DNA of 57,565 bases from Candidatus Aquilonibacter sp. (GCA_049678885.1 JBAUEZ010000126.1:1-57565), one strand, 5' to 3'. Shown: positions 18,094 to 27,311, numbered from the stretch's first letter. Numbers and translations are program-made. The notes: generated by a model not told the origin, from the letters alone.

Positions 18094-20886
18094 ATGCAAC
18101 GCGAGGGGGTGGACGGACCGCGCGGCAACGACACGGCCGGCATCGTTATTACGGTGTTGGCAGCGATCTTGCTTGCATTTGTGCTGGTGCAGATTTATCG
18201 ACTCGGCAACGAGGCTGGGCTCAGCCGTGACTCGCTGATGCGCGAGCAAGTCGCCGTCGCCGAGACCGGACGCATTCTTCGCGCAATCAACGCGGTCGAC
18301 GACTATCGCTACGCCTTGATGCTGCGAACGCCGCAGCTCGCTCGCGCGCGCGCGGTTGCGCAAACGCGCCTGGAAATGCTGCGCCACGACTTTACCAGCG
18401 GTTCCGCAACGATGTTTGCGATGCAAGCCCAGTGGAGCGATGTCGATCGCGCGTGGTACATGGCGCGCACGTTTCCGGGCGGTCCTGATTCGATTGCGCG
18501 TCTGGGCCCGATGATGGGTTCGTTTCCCGCACTGCTCGACGCGCTCGAAGATCGGTCGGGTCTTACCTACGACCCGAGTCCGCTTGCGCAAGATCTCTCC
18601 GATGCGTACATGCACATGACGATCGCGGATATCTCCGCGACGCGCCGGCTGCAGACCATGGCCGCGTCGGCGGTGCAAGTGCGTGGAATGACGCTCGTGC
18701 AGCGGCTTGACGGCGCCGGCAACCTGATGGGGCTGCGCGATTCCTATGATTTAACGCGCGAGCAGATTCCCACGAATGTTGGACGCCTTGACGCATTGGT
18801 TCCGAGCGGCCGCGCGCAATGGGCACAGCTTCCGGTGTTGGCGGATCGCATGCGCCGGGCCGGTGATGCGTTCGTCGACCTCGTGGTAAACCACGTGATG
18901 CTCCAGGGAGCGCCGACAGTTTCCATCGCGCAGATTCGTCAGAGCGCCAACGCTGCCGAGAGCGCGGCTACAAAGGTTAACGCGCTGGCCGGAACCGCGC
19001 TCGACGCAAGCCTCGCAGAGCGCGGGCGCATCCAGGCCGAGCGGAACCGGTATCTCTACCTCGCCTTCGTCCTCGGCGCGATGATGGTCGTCGGCATCGC
19101 GATGACGATCGCGGCATTCATCGCGCGGCGCGACCGCGTGCTGCTGCGGGACGCCTTACGCGAAGCCGCGCGGTTGCAGGCGGAGCTTGCGCGGCAAGAG
19201 GCCGTGGATGCTCTGCGCTTGACCGAGGCGCAGTTTCGGGCTGTGTTCGACGGAGCGGCGATCGCGATCGGGGTCGTCGATCGCGCCGGCATCCTGCTCG
19301 AAGCCAATGACGTGTACCGCACGATGTTCGGTGACACGATCGATGCGGCGATCGAGGGACATACGAGCGAGCTCGAGTCGATGTGGACGGGCGAGCGCGA
19401 GACGTTCGAGTTCGAGCAGCACGCGCGTTCTGCGTCGGGTCAAGAGATTTGGACCGACGCCACCGTTTCGATCGTCAACGACGAGAATAAACATCCGCGC
19501 TTTGCGATCTGCATGTTCCGCGATAAGACGGAGCTCAAGCACAGCGAACGCCGGATCCAGCACAGCAAGACGCATGACAGCCTCACCGGCCTGCCCAACC
19601 GCGTCCTCTTCGACGAACAGTTGCGGCGCCGATTCGAAGAGGCCGGCGCGCTGCTCGATTCGTTTTTCGCGGTGCTCTTCATCGACCTCGAACACTTCAA
19701 GGAGGTCAACGAATCGCTCGGGCACGCGGCCGGCGATCTCGTCCTCGCCCAGATGGCGGGGCGGCTGCGCTCGTCGGTCGATGCGCGCGACGTCGTAGCG
19801 CGTCTGGGTAGTGACGAGTTTGCGATTCTCTTGCAATCGCTCAGCGACATCATCCACGTCGAATCGGTCGCGCGCCGCATTCTCAACAATCTCTCGAAAT
19901 CGATCGGTATCGGCTCGCGTTCGGTCTTCGTCGGCGCAAGCGTCGGTATTGCCATCGCTTCGTCGAGCCACGAGCGGGCGGAAGACGTAGTGCGCGACGC
20001 AGAGATTGCGATGCAACATGCCAAGATGAGCGGCGGCGCGCGCTTTGCGGTCTTCGATTCGACGATGCACGAACGGGCGCAGAAGCGGCTGCAGTTGACC
20101 AGCGATCTGCGGCTAGCGGTCGAGCGCCGCGAATTCCGCTTGCTCTACCAGCCGATCTGTTCCCTCGGCGATGGCGGGCCGATTGCCTGCGAAGCGTTGA
20201 TCCGCTGGGATCATCCGACGCTGGGCGTGCTCGGCCCGAGCGAGTTTATTCCGTTGGCCGAGCAGACCGGGCTGATACGCGCCGTGGGGAAGTTCGTGCT
20301 GGAAAGCGCGTGCGAACGGTACGCAGTGTGGCGGCGCAACCGCGGCGGCACGCTGAATTTCGGGATACAGGTCAATGTCTCTGCGACGGAACTAAGCGAT
20401 CCGGACTTCGAGCGTACGCTCGTGCAGATGATCGAGCACCACGGGCTCGCGCCGTCGGATTTCACGCTCGAGATCACCGAGAGCGTGGTGCTCGACGCCG
20501 GCACGCGCGCGAATCAGACGATCGAACGCGTGCGCGGACGCGGATTTAAAATCTGCATCGACGATTTTGGAACCGGCTACTCGTCGCTGCGTTACCTGCA
20601 GCAGTTCGAAGTCGATTCGATCAAGATCGATCGTTCGTTTGTATGTGGCAGCGATGGGCGGCTTGCAAGCGAGCCGATCGTGCGCACGCTGATCGCACTC
20701 GCCGAAGCGTACAACGTCCGAATTGTTGCTGAAGGCGTCGAGACTCCCGAGCAACGCGAGATGCTGCGCGGCGCCGGCTGCCGCTACGCCCAGGGCTACC
20801 TCTTCGCGCATCCGCTGGCAGCGGCAGAGCTCACGGAGCGGTATCCCGACGTGCTCGGTCGTATCGTTCGTTCAGCGTCGGCCTAA
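18094..20886 (+). CDS. Membrane-anchored sensor protein: large N-terminal extracytoplasmic domain, PAS, degenerate GGDEF (GSDEF), EAL
   Basis: ATG at 18094 is the first start clear of tRNA-His. A TM helix (IVITVLAAILLAFVLVQIY), about 300 aa, then a second TM (YLYLAFVLGAMMVVGIAMTIAAFIA), PAS, a GGDEF domain with ARLGSDEFAIL, and an EAL domain (CEALIRW, DDFGTGYSSL, KIDRSFV). Confidence 0.85.
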   Translation: MQREGVDGPRGNDTAGIVITVLAAILLAFVLVQIYRLGNEAGLSRDSLMREQVAVAETGRILRAINAVDDYRYALMLRTPQLARARAVAQTRLEMLRHDFTSGSATMFAMQAQWSDVDRAWYMARTFPGGPDSIARLGPMMGSFPALLDALEDRSGLTYDPSPLAQDLSDAYMHMTIADISATRRLQTMAASAVQVRGMTLVQRLDGAGNLMGLRDSYDLTREQIPTNVGRLDALVPSGRAQWAQLPVLADRMRRAGDAFVDLVVNHVMLQGAPTVSIAQIRQSANAAESAATKVNALAGTALDASLAERGRIQAERNRYLYLAFVLGAMMVVGIAMTIAAFIARRDRVLLRDALREAARLQAELARQEAVDALRLTEAQFRAVFDGAAIAIGVVDRAGILLEANDVYRTMFGDTIDAAIEGHTSELESMWTGERETFEFEQHARSASGQEIWTDATVSIVNDENKHPRFAICMFRDKTELKHSERRIQHSKTHDSLTGLPNRVLFDEQLRRRFEEAGALLDSFFAVLFIDLEHFKEVNESLGHAAGDLVLAQMAGRLRSSVDARDVVARLGSDEFAILLQSLSDIIHVESVARRILNNLSKSIGIGSRSVFVGASVGIAIASSSHERAEDVVRDAEIAMQHAKMSGGARFAVFDSTMHERAQKRLQLTSDLRLAVERREFRLLYQPICSLGDGGPIACEALIRWDHPTLGVLGPSEFIPLAEQTGLIRAVGKFVLESACERYAVWRRNRGGTLNFGIQVNVSATELSDPDFERTLVQMIEHHGLAPSDFTLEITESVVLDAGTRANQTIERVRGRGFKICIDDFGTGYSSLRYLQQFEVDSIKIDRSFVCGSDGRLASEPIVRTLIALAEAYNVRIVAEGVETPEQREMLRGAGCRYAQGYLFAHPLAAAELTERYPDVLGRIVRSASA

Positions 20887-20890
20887 GGGG

Positions 20891-20919
20891 TTGCCAAGGG
20901 CAACGGGTCTCGCTACAAT
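20891..20919 (+). promoter_or_regulatory. Sigma-70-like promoter for the tRNA-Lys pair
   Basis: TTGCCA (20891-20896), an exactly 17-nt spacer, then TACAAT (20914-20919), about 40 nt upstream of tRNA-Lys. Confidence 0.5.
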
Positions 20920-20960
20920 TCGTTAGTCCTCGGGTTTGCCGAAGGCGACCGGCGAAATAC

Positions 20961-21033
20961 GCGCCTTTAGCTCAGTCGGTAGAGCAGCGGACTTTTAATC
21001 CGTTGGTCCCGGGTTCGAGTCCCGGAGGGCGCA
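20961..21033 (+). tRNA. tRNA-Lys (anticodon UUU)
   Basis: Acceptor GCGCCTT/AGGGCGC, anticodon arm GCGGA-CTTTTAA-TCCGT, T arm CCGGG-TTCGAGT-CCCGG. Confidence 0.92.
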
Positions 21034-21040
21034 GGTCTTT

Positions 21041-21112
<72 letters not shown>

Positions 21113-21122
21113 CCAAATTTCA

Positions 21123-21162
21123 AAAGGTTCACGTTCTGCGGAAACGTGAGCCTTTTTTGTTT
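21123..21162. terminator. Bidirectional intrinsic terminator
   Basis: AAAGGTTCACGTT / AACGTGAGCCTTT stem flanked by an A-tract upstream and TTTTTTGTTT downstream. It lies between the tRNA-Lys pair (+) and the convergent small ORF (-). Confidence 0.75.
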
Positions 21163-21167
21163 ACGTA

Positions 21168-21413
21168 TTAGTCCTTTGTCTCGGTTATTTCAACGTGGGC
21201 TATCTGGTCGATGTTGATGATGCGCGTAACGCCTTCGGACTGCACGCGAAAGAAGCGATCGGCGAACAACCGTCCTTGCGGTGGCTCCAAGGGATGCATC
21301 TTCCCTTGGGCTGGTGGCCCAATCCAAACCATCTGCTCGAACGATTCAGCGGCAGCACCGCTGAGATTCACGGGCTCCTTGACGCCGCTCAGAAAAACCT
21401 TGACGTGCTTCAT
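21168..21413 (-). CDS. Small hypothetical protein (81 aa)
   Basis: Only the 3' part of track ORF 21168..21782 looks protein-like (MKHVKVFLSGVKEPVNLSG...IINIDQIAHVEITETKD). The upstream part is Arg-rich and antisense to the promoter and 5' end of the next gene. No family recognised. Confidence 0.4.
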   Translation of the reverse strand: MKHVKVFLSGVKEPVNLSGAAAESFEQMVWIGPPAQGKMHPLEPPQGRLFADRFFRVQSEGVTRIINIDQIAHVEITETKD

Positions 21414-21454
21414 AACCGCGCCTTCGGTGCACCAAACGTACAGGCCCGCGGTTG

Positions 21455-21485
21455 TTGAGAAATCTCCGCCGCCGGCTCGTATAAT
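21455..21485 (+). promoter_or_regulatory. Possible promoter of the dehydrogenase gene
   Basis: Perfect TATAAT at 21480-21485 with TTGAGA at 21455-21460. The 19-nt spacer is longer than optimal. Confidence 0.3.
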
Positions 21486-21506
21486 GACGGAACGAGGTAG
21501 CCGCTT

Positions 21507-22400
21507 ATGACGATTCAAACTGTTGCAGTTCTCGGCACTGGAACGATGGGGTCCGCGTTCGCGCGGAGGCTGCTCGGTGCGGGAATGCGCGTGCGCGCGT
21601 GGGATATCTCTCCCGCGTCCGCCGCTCGGCTCGCGGATACGGGTGCCGCGGTTGCGGCGACGCCCGAAGACGCGGTTCGCGACGCTGATGTCGTCTTGAC
21701 GTCGGTGCCGACGATCGCTTCGATCGAGGAGACCATGCCGCGAGCCCTGGCGGCGATGCGTCCAGGGTCGATATGGCTGCAAATGAGCACGATTGGCGTC
21801 GAAGGAACTGAGCGCGCATTTGCGCTCGCCAAGGAACGCCGGCCGGATATTGTCTTCGTCGATGCACCGGTGTCGGGTTCGAAGGTACCTGCAGAACAGG
21901 GGAAGCTGTTGATCCTGGCGTCAGGACCAGCCGCGGCGCTTGATGCGCTCGCGCCCGTGTTCTCGGCGCTGGGTCAAAAAACGATGCGCTGGGACGTCGT
22001 CGGAAGCGGCTCTCGTATGAAGGTTGTGCTCAACACGTGGCTCGCGGTGCTGGGCGAAGGCATCGCTGAAACCGCGCTACTGGCGCAGTCGCTTGACATC
22101 CCCCTCGACGATGTCGCGGCGTGTCTCGGATCGACTGCGCTCAGCGCGCCATGGGCTTTGGCAAAACTCGAGAAGATCGAGCGCAAGAACTTCGATCCCG
22201 ACTTTGCGCTCGCGCTGGCGTCAAAGGATCTACACCTTGCACTCGATGCCGCAAACAGCGCGCACCAACGGCTGCCGATGGTGCAAGCGATTGGCGTGCA
22301 GTGGGACAGCGATCTAGAAGCGGGTTTGGGCGATCGCGACGTTGTCGGCGCTTATCTTGCCCTGACCGCAAACGATCAACGCTTGCCTACTACACAGTAA
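21507..22400 (+). CDS. NAD(P)-dependent beta-hydroxyacid dehydrogenase (3-hydroxyisobutyrate / 6-phosphogluconate dehydrogenase-like)
   Basis: 297 aa. Rossmann motif VAVLGTGTMGSAFARRL, then DAPVSGS and an all-helical C-terminal domain typical of the HIBADH family. Confidence 0.85.
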   Translation: MTIQTVAVLGTGTMGSAFARRLLGAGMRVRAWDISPASAARLADTGAAVAATPEDAVRDADVVLTSVPTIASIEETMPRALAAMRPGSIWLQMSTIGVEGTERAFALAKERRPDIVFVDAPVSGSKVPAEQGKLLILASGPAAALDALAPVFSALGQKTMRWDVVGSGSRMKVVLNTWLAVLGEGIAETALLAQSLDIPLDDVAACLGSTALSAPWALAKLEKIERKNFDPDFALALASKDLHLALDAANSAHQRLPMVQAIGVQWDSDLEAGLGDRDVVGAYLALTANDQRLPTTQ

Positions 22401-22493
22401 ACGAAGCGTAAGGCTAACTACTGTCAAGGCAGAGTCGGTAACGATTCCGTAAAGTAACTGTTATAGCATCGCCAAATCGCCGATTCGACGATT

Positions 22494-24713
22494 ATGCGTG
22501 GTGTAAAAGTATTACTCGCCGTAATGGCGATGGTTTTAGCAGCGTGCGGCGGAGGGGGGGGGAACTCGTCGCTCTCGTCGCTCTCGCCGCTTCCTCCAGG
22601 CCGCGGCAACGCCGCCGCCACTTCCTCGTCGAGCAGCCTGGCGACTACCCAAGGTACGATCAATGCTCTTGTGAGCTCTACCGAGTTCGAGATGGACCAG
22701 ACGGTCGACGGGCACATCTATGTAACAGTGCCCTCGAGCGTCACGATCATCGGCGGATCGCTTGCCGTCGGCGATTACGTACAGGTGACCGGAACCGGTT
22801 GGTCGTCTTCAGCGACCAACATCACAGCGGTCGTCATTACCATCTGGAGTTCGCCGCCTTCGACAACGACCGTGACCGGTACGATTTCGCAGACCACGGC
22901 GTACGGATTTACGCTGACTGTTGCCGGGCAGAGCACGGCCGTACCGATCATCGTGAACGCGTCAGCTACAGTTTCGGGTGGCACGATTGCGGCGGGCGAC
23001 GTGGTCACCGTTGCGGGCGTTGGTTCAGCCAGCGAATCCGTTACTGCGACCACGATTACCATTACCAGGGCAGCACCCCAGGTAACGCCCGCTCCGATCG
23101 CAACACCCGATTTCGAGACCACCCAAGGTACGGTGTACGCAATCCAAAGTACCAGCGAATTCGCGCTCGATCAAACGGTCGACGGCTATATCAATATTGA
23201 CGAGCCGTCGAACGTCCTTGTCTTCGGCGGAACGATAGCCAAGGGCGACTACGTCCAAGTAACCGGAACTGGCTGGTCGACCGCAGCATCGTTAATGACT
23301 GCAGCAGTCGTATCCGTATGGAGCAGCGCGCCGCCGAGTGTAACGGTGACGGGCACCGTCGTTGCGAGCACGAGTTATGGTTTCACGCTCGATGTAAGCT
23401 CGCAATATCCGACTGTCCCAATCGTCCTCAACACCAAGACCATCATAGCCGGCGGAACGCTCGCGGCCGGTGCTTCCGTAACGGTGACCGGCACGGGCTC
23501 GACGGCTGAGTCCATTATCCCAGTACAGGTGGTCATCAATCCGCCGGTCGTGCCTGCGACGCCGACGCCGGGCCCGATCTCGCAAACCCATGTCCTCACT
23601 GCCGATTACCTCGGAACGCCATGGGGCAGCGGTTCGGTGACCTTTTCCCAAGCCGCGCCGTATGTAAGCTGGGCACAAAGTGCTGTGGCGAACGCCACCG
23701 CGCTGCACAACCTTGGAATTCATGTACAAGTGTACGAGGATCCAAACCGCACGGAAGCGGGAGAACCGATGGACACGTCGGACCAAACGACGTACGCGCA
23801 AAGTTGCAGCGGCGTCGACATAACCGACCAGTACAACGGCGCCACGCAGTACGTCATGAACCCGTCGTCATCCGACATGCAGACGCTGTTTCGAAATACG
23901 GTCGCGAACCAGATCGGCAGCAATCCGGTTGACGCAATCTTCGCCGATGACAGCGGTCCCCTCAGCGAATACGAATCGACGTTCTCTCCGTCGCTACCGT
24001 GCAACTACACCGATGCGGCATGGCTGAGCGGAGGTATTGCGCTCGACAACGCCTCGCCGGTTCCCGTGATCTTCAACGGTCTGTCCGTCCTCGACGGGGA
24101 GAGCCCCTCGGAATCGCTCGGTCTTCTCGCGGGATCCAACACGATTGGCGGTAATTTCGAAAGCTGCTACTCCGGTTCGTCGATCGCGAAGAGCGACGGC
24201 TGGCTGTGGCAGACTACCGAAAATACCGAACTCGACGTGACCGGAGAGAACAAGCTGTTCTGGTGCATGACGTACAATACCACGAGCGCAGCATCAGAGA
24301 CCGACGTGCGCCTCTACGTTCTCGCGTCGTTCCTGATGACATATAACCCAACCGACAGCATCCTCTGGGAGCGTTTCTCGACGACGTCGGGTCTCCACGT
24401 GATGCCCGAGTCAGGCTTGGTCGCGCTCGATCCGCTCGTCGCCGCGCCCTCGAACGTGTCGTCGTTGCAACAATCCGGCGGCGCATACGGCCGTCAATTC
24501 GGCCAGTGCTATATGAACGGCGCGTTCGTCGGGCCATGCGCGGTCGCCGTCAACCCCAACTCGGGGGCGCAAGCCATCTTCCCTTTTCCGCAATACCAGC
24601 ACACGCTGGTGCTTAGCGGAAGCGATGTGCTAGATGGCGGAACCGCCGCCACGAATGGGCCGCCGCCGCCGACCTACCTTCCCGCGGATGGTGAAGCGAT
24701 CGTTTTCCCCTAG
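22494..24713 (+). CDS. Lipoprotein: 2 x (~158 aa duplicated module of DUF5666-like beta domains) plus an uncharacterised ~390-aa C-terminal domain (paralog A)
   Basis: 739 aa. Signal peptide with lipobox VLAAC. Tandem modules start at TTQGTINAL and TTQGTVYAI. The C-terminal domain is shared with 48523..50505 and 43402..44577. Confidence 0.85.
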   Translation: MRGVKVLLAVMAMVLAACGGGGGNSSLSSLSPLPPGRGNAAATSSSSSLATTQGTINALVSSTEFEMDQTVDGHIYVTVPSSVTIIGGSLAVGDYVQVTGTGWSSSATNITAVVITIWSSPPSTTTVTGTISQTTAYGFTLTVAGQSTAVPIIVNASATVSGGTIAAGDVVTVAGVGSASESVTATTITITRAAPQVTPAPIATPDFETTQGTVYAIQSTSEFALDQTVDGYINIDEPSNVLVFGGTIAKGDYVQVTGTGWSTAASLMTAAVVSVWSSAPPSVTVTGTVVASTSYGFTLDVSSQYPTVPIVLNTKTIIAGGTLAAGASVTVTGTGSTAESIIPVQVVINPPVVPATPTPGPISQTHVLTADYLGTPWGSGSVTFSQAAPYVSWAQSAVANATALHNLGIHVQVYEDPNRTEAGEPMDTSDQTTYAQSCSGVDITDQYNGATQYVMNPSSSDMQTLFRNTVANQIGSNPVDAIFADDSGPLSEYESTFSPSLPCNYTDAAWLSGGIALDNASPVPVIFNGLSVLDGESPSESLGLLAGSNTIGGNFESCYSGSSIAKSDGWLWQTTENTELDVTGENKLFWCMTYNTTSAASETDVRLYVLASFLMTYNPTDSILWERFSTTSGLHVMPESGLVALDPLVAAPSNVSSLQQSGGAYGRQFGQCYMNGAFVGPCAVAVNPNSGAQAIFPFPQYQHTLVLSGSDVLDGGTAATNGPPPPTYLPADGEAIVFP
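22554..22562 (+). repeat. G9 homopolymer inside codons 21-23 of paralog A
   Basis: Read directly: tgc ggc gga ggg ggg ggg aac. There are nine consecutive G immediately after the lipobox Cys codon. Confidence 0.9.
22644..23560 (+). repeat. Intragenic tandem duplication (2 x ~474 nt) encoding DUF5666-like modules
   Basis: Unit 1 starts near 22644 and unit 2 near 23118. They are similar at protein level (…VDGHIYVTVPSSVTIIGGSLAVGDYVQVTGTGWSS… vs …VDGYINIDEPSNVLVFGGTIAKGDYVQVTGTGWST…) and partly at DNA level. Confidence 0.8.
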
Positions 24714-24731
24714 CGTCAGGCGCGGAGCTTT

Positions 24732-25544
24732 CTATTTCGTCAGCAGCGCGCGGATGCGCTCGGCGTCGTCCGGCGTTGCAGGCGTGAAGATGACCAGGCC
24801 GAGATCGGGACGGCCGTCCACGGAGAAACTCGAGTATTCGAAGGTTACGACTCCGGCGATAGCATGGCGCATCAGCTTGGTGCCGGAGCCGTAGCTGCGA
24901 ACATCATGAATGCGCCACATCGATGCGAACTCGCCGCTCACGCGGCTGAGTTCCTCGACCAATGCCGTGACGCGTTCGGAGGCACCCGCGCGCACGGTGT
25001 CGGCGCGGAAGCCCGCAACGGCGTTGCGCGCCTCTTTCTCCCAGTCCAGCATGCGCGTCTTCGCGTTGGGGTCGGTGAAGATCAGACGTAAAACGTTACG
25101 CTCTTGAAGCGAGAGCGCGCTGTAGTCGCCCATGATGGTCGCCGCTGCACGATTCCATGCAATCACATCCCACGCAGCCGTTCGCACCAAGGCAGGACTG
25201 CATTCGAGCGAATCGAGCACGCGCTGCAACTGCGGCGTAATGCGTTCGGCTTCGCGAAACTGCACCTGTGGCGGGCGTTGTTGCGCAAGTAAGAAGAGAT
25301 GCTCGCGTTCGACTTCGGTCAGCGTCAGCGCGTACGCGAGACGATCGAGCACGTCAGCGGATGGTGTGCCGCCGCGGCCCTGTTCGAGCCACGTGTACCA
25401 GGTGGCGCTGACGTTAGCGCGCTGCGCGACCTCCTCGCGCCGCAGTCCCGGCGTGCGCCGGCGGGTGAGCGAAAATCCGAAGGCCGCCGGATCGAGCTTC
25501 GAGCGCCGGTCTTTGAGGTAGTCGGCGAGTGTATTAGTGTCCAT
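24732..25544 (-). CDS. MmyB-like helix-turn-helix transcriptional regulator (XRE-type HTH + MmyB C-terminal domain)
   Basis: ATG at 25544 (MDTNTLADYLKDRR...). LRREEVAQRANVSATWYTWLEQGR is the MmyB-family HTH signature. Divergent from the SDR gene. Confidence 0.8.
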   Translation of the reverse strand: MDTNTLADYLKDRRSKLDPAAFGFSLTRRRTPGLRREEVAQRANVSATWYTWLEQGRGGTPSADVLDRLAYALTLTEVEREHLFLLAQQRPPQVQFREAERITPQLQRVLDSLECSPALVRTAAWDVIAWNRAAATIMGDYSALSLQERNVLRLIFTDPNAKTRMLDWEKEARNAVAGFRADTVRAGASERVTALVEELSRVSGEFASMWRIHDVRSYGSGTKLMRHAIAGVVTFEYSSFSVDGRPDLGLVIFTPATPDDAERIRALLTK

Positions 25545-25624
25545 ACTAGTATAATGCCACGACTTTAATAGGATAGCGTAGAGGCCTATCATACTCGTTG
25601 TCAGCTTCAATAGAAAGGTTTATC

Positions 25625-26527
25625 GTGCGAGTTTTTGTTACCGGGGCATCGGGTTTCGTAGGTTCGGCGGTCGTGCGCGACTTGCTCGATAACGGCCACG
25701 AGGTGCTTGGGCTTGCCCGCTCCGACGCCGCGGCTGCGTCGGTTGCCGTTGCCGGCGCCGACGTTCAGCGCGGGTCGCTCGGCGATTTGGACAGTCTGCG
25801 CGCCGGCGCGGCAGCTTCAGACGGCGTGATCCACACCGCGTTCATTCACGACTTTGCGAACTTCGCGCAGAGCTGCGAGACCGACACTCGCGCGATCCAG
25901 ACCCTCGGCGAGGTACTCGCCGGATCGGATCGTCCGCTGCTGGTCACCTCCGGTGTTGCCGTTCTGAGCCCCGGCCAACTTGCCACGGAAGACATGACGG
26001 CTCCGTTCATGCCGGATTTTCCGCGCGCTTCCGAACGCGCGGCGGCGGCCGTTGCGACGCAAGGTGTTCACACCGGGGTCGTACGCCTTGCGCCGACAAC
26101 GCACGGCGACGCCGACCATGGCTTCGTTCCAATCCTCATCGGTATCGCGCGCGAAAAGGGTGTGTCCGCATACGTTGGCGACGGTACGAATCGTTGGTCC
26201 GCTGTGCATCGCTTAGATGCGGCGCCGGTCTACCGCTTGGCGTTGGAAAAGGGCGCAGCCGGCGCGAACTTTCACGCGGTTGCGGAAGAAGGCATTCCGT
26301 TCCGCGAGATCGCGGAGGCAATCGGTCGCCGCTTGGGTGTTCCCGTCGTCAGCATGACGCCGGAAGAAGCAGCGGAGCACTTCGGTTGGTTTGTGCGTTT
26401 TGCGGCAATCGACGCTCCGGCCTTGAGCGCGAAGACACGCGCGGAACTCGGATGGAAACCGGTGCAACCCGGATTACTCGCCGATCTCGATCACGGAGCG
26501 TATTTCAAAGTGGCATCACGCGCGTAA
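25625..26527 (+). CDS. Atypical SDR / NAD-dependent epimerase-dehydratase family oxidoreductase
   Basis: GTG at 25625 gives VRVFVTGASGFVGSAVVRDLL (Rossmann TGxxGxxG). About 300 aa. Confidence 0.8.
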   Translation: MRVFVTGASGFVGSAVVRDLLDNGHEVLGLARSDAAAASVAVAGADVQRGSLGDLDSLRAGAAASDGVIHTAFIHDFANFAQSCETDTRAIQTLGEVLAGSDRPLLVTSGVAVLSPGQLATEDMTAPFMPDFPRASERAAAAVATQGVHTGVVRLAPTTHGDADHGFVPILIGIAREKGVSAYVGDGTNRWSAVHRLDAAPVYRLALEKGAAGANFHAVAEEGIPFREIAEAIGRRLGVPVVSMTPEEAAEHFGWFVRFAAIDAPALSAKTRAELGWKPVQPGLLADLDHGAYFKVASRA

Positions 26528-27311
26528 GCGCGCTCATCTGCACGCCTGATGGATCCGCCAGGTCATCGCACATCGCAAAGTGCGTCAGTCCGGGAACCTC
26601 GAGGTAGGCAACACCACTGTCGACGGCGGCGCAGGCTTGCGCGTAGTCGCGCGATTGGCGTACGAGTTCGGGAAGCTCCGCGCCGCCGACGGTCACGGTC
26701 ATCGGCGTCCCGGGCGTGACGTGGAGTTGCGGGCTATCGACATCGAGCTCATGCGGCGTCAGTTGCAACTTGTCGTTGAGATACGTAAACGCAATCGGAT
26801 TGAGATCGAACAGACCGCTGATCGGGAACGCGTAGGCGATCGACGGATGATTGCGATGCATCGCGGTGAGATGACCGCCGGCCGAATGTCCGCTTAGACA
26901 GACCGGACGGTCTTTCATGGTGTAGCGCTCGTTGCTCGCCGCGAGAAAATCCAGCAACATCCCGATTTCGCCGACAATCTGCGTCATCGTCGCCTGCGGC
27001 GCTAACGTGTACTCGGCGAGCACCGCGTCGAAGCCCCGCTCCAGCGCGCCGCGAGCGCAAAGCGCAAAGTCCGCTTTGGTGCACTTCTGCCAATAGCCGC
27101 CGTGAATAAAGATGAAGAGCGGTGCGTTCGTCGCTCCGCACAGGACGTAATCGAAGCGCTCGCGCGGCTCTGGTCCGTACGCGATGTCGCGAATGCAACC
27201 AAACTCGTGATAGAGCCGCGCGCTCTCCGCTTGCAGTCGCGTGTAGGTGGCCTCCCAGTCCGGGTCGGCCTTGGTGTTGCTGTAGGCATCGTCGAGGGCC
27301 GTTTGGTCCAT
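26505..27311 (-). CDS. Alpha/beta hydrolase, arylformamidase (kynurenine formamidase)-like
   Basis: ATG at 27311 (MDQTALDDAYSN...). Oxyanion motif FIHGGYW and nucleophile elbow GHSAGG. The Arg-rich upstream part of track ORF 26505..27821 is antisense to the next gene and was discarded. Confidence 0.75.
   Translation of the reverse strand: MDQTALDDAYSNTKADPDWEATYTRLQAESARLYHEFGCIRDIAYGPEPRERFDYVLCGATNAPLFIFIHGGYWQKCTKADFALCARGALERGFDAVLAEYTLAPQATMTQIVGEIGMLLDFLAASNERYTMKDRPVCLSGHSAGGHLTAMHRNHPSIAYAFPISGLFDLNPIAFTYLNDKLQLTPHELDVDSPQLHVTPGTPMTVTVGGAELPELVRQSRDYAQACAAVDSGVAYLEVPGLTHFAMCDDLADPSGVQMSALTRVMPL

Noticed and set aside
22494-24713. Repetitive DNA in the lipoprotein genes, considered as a CRISPR array or non-coding tandem repeats.
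   Set aside because: The repeat units are ~474 nt, diverged, in frame and encode beta-rich protein modules. There is no short repeat-spacer periodicity anywhere in the window.
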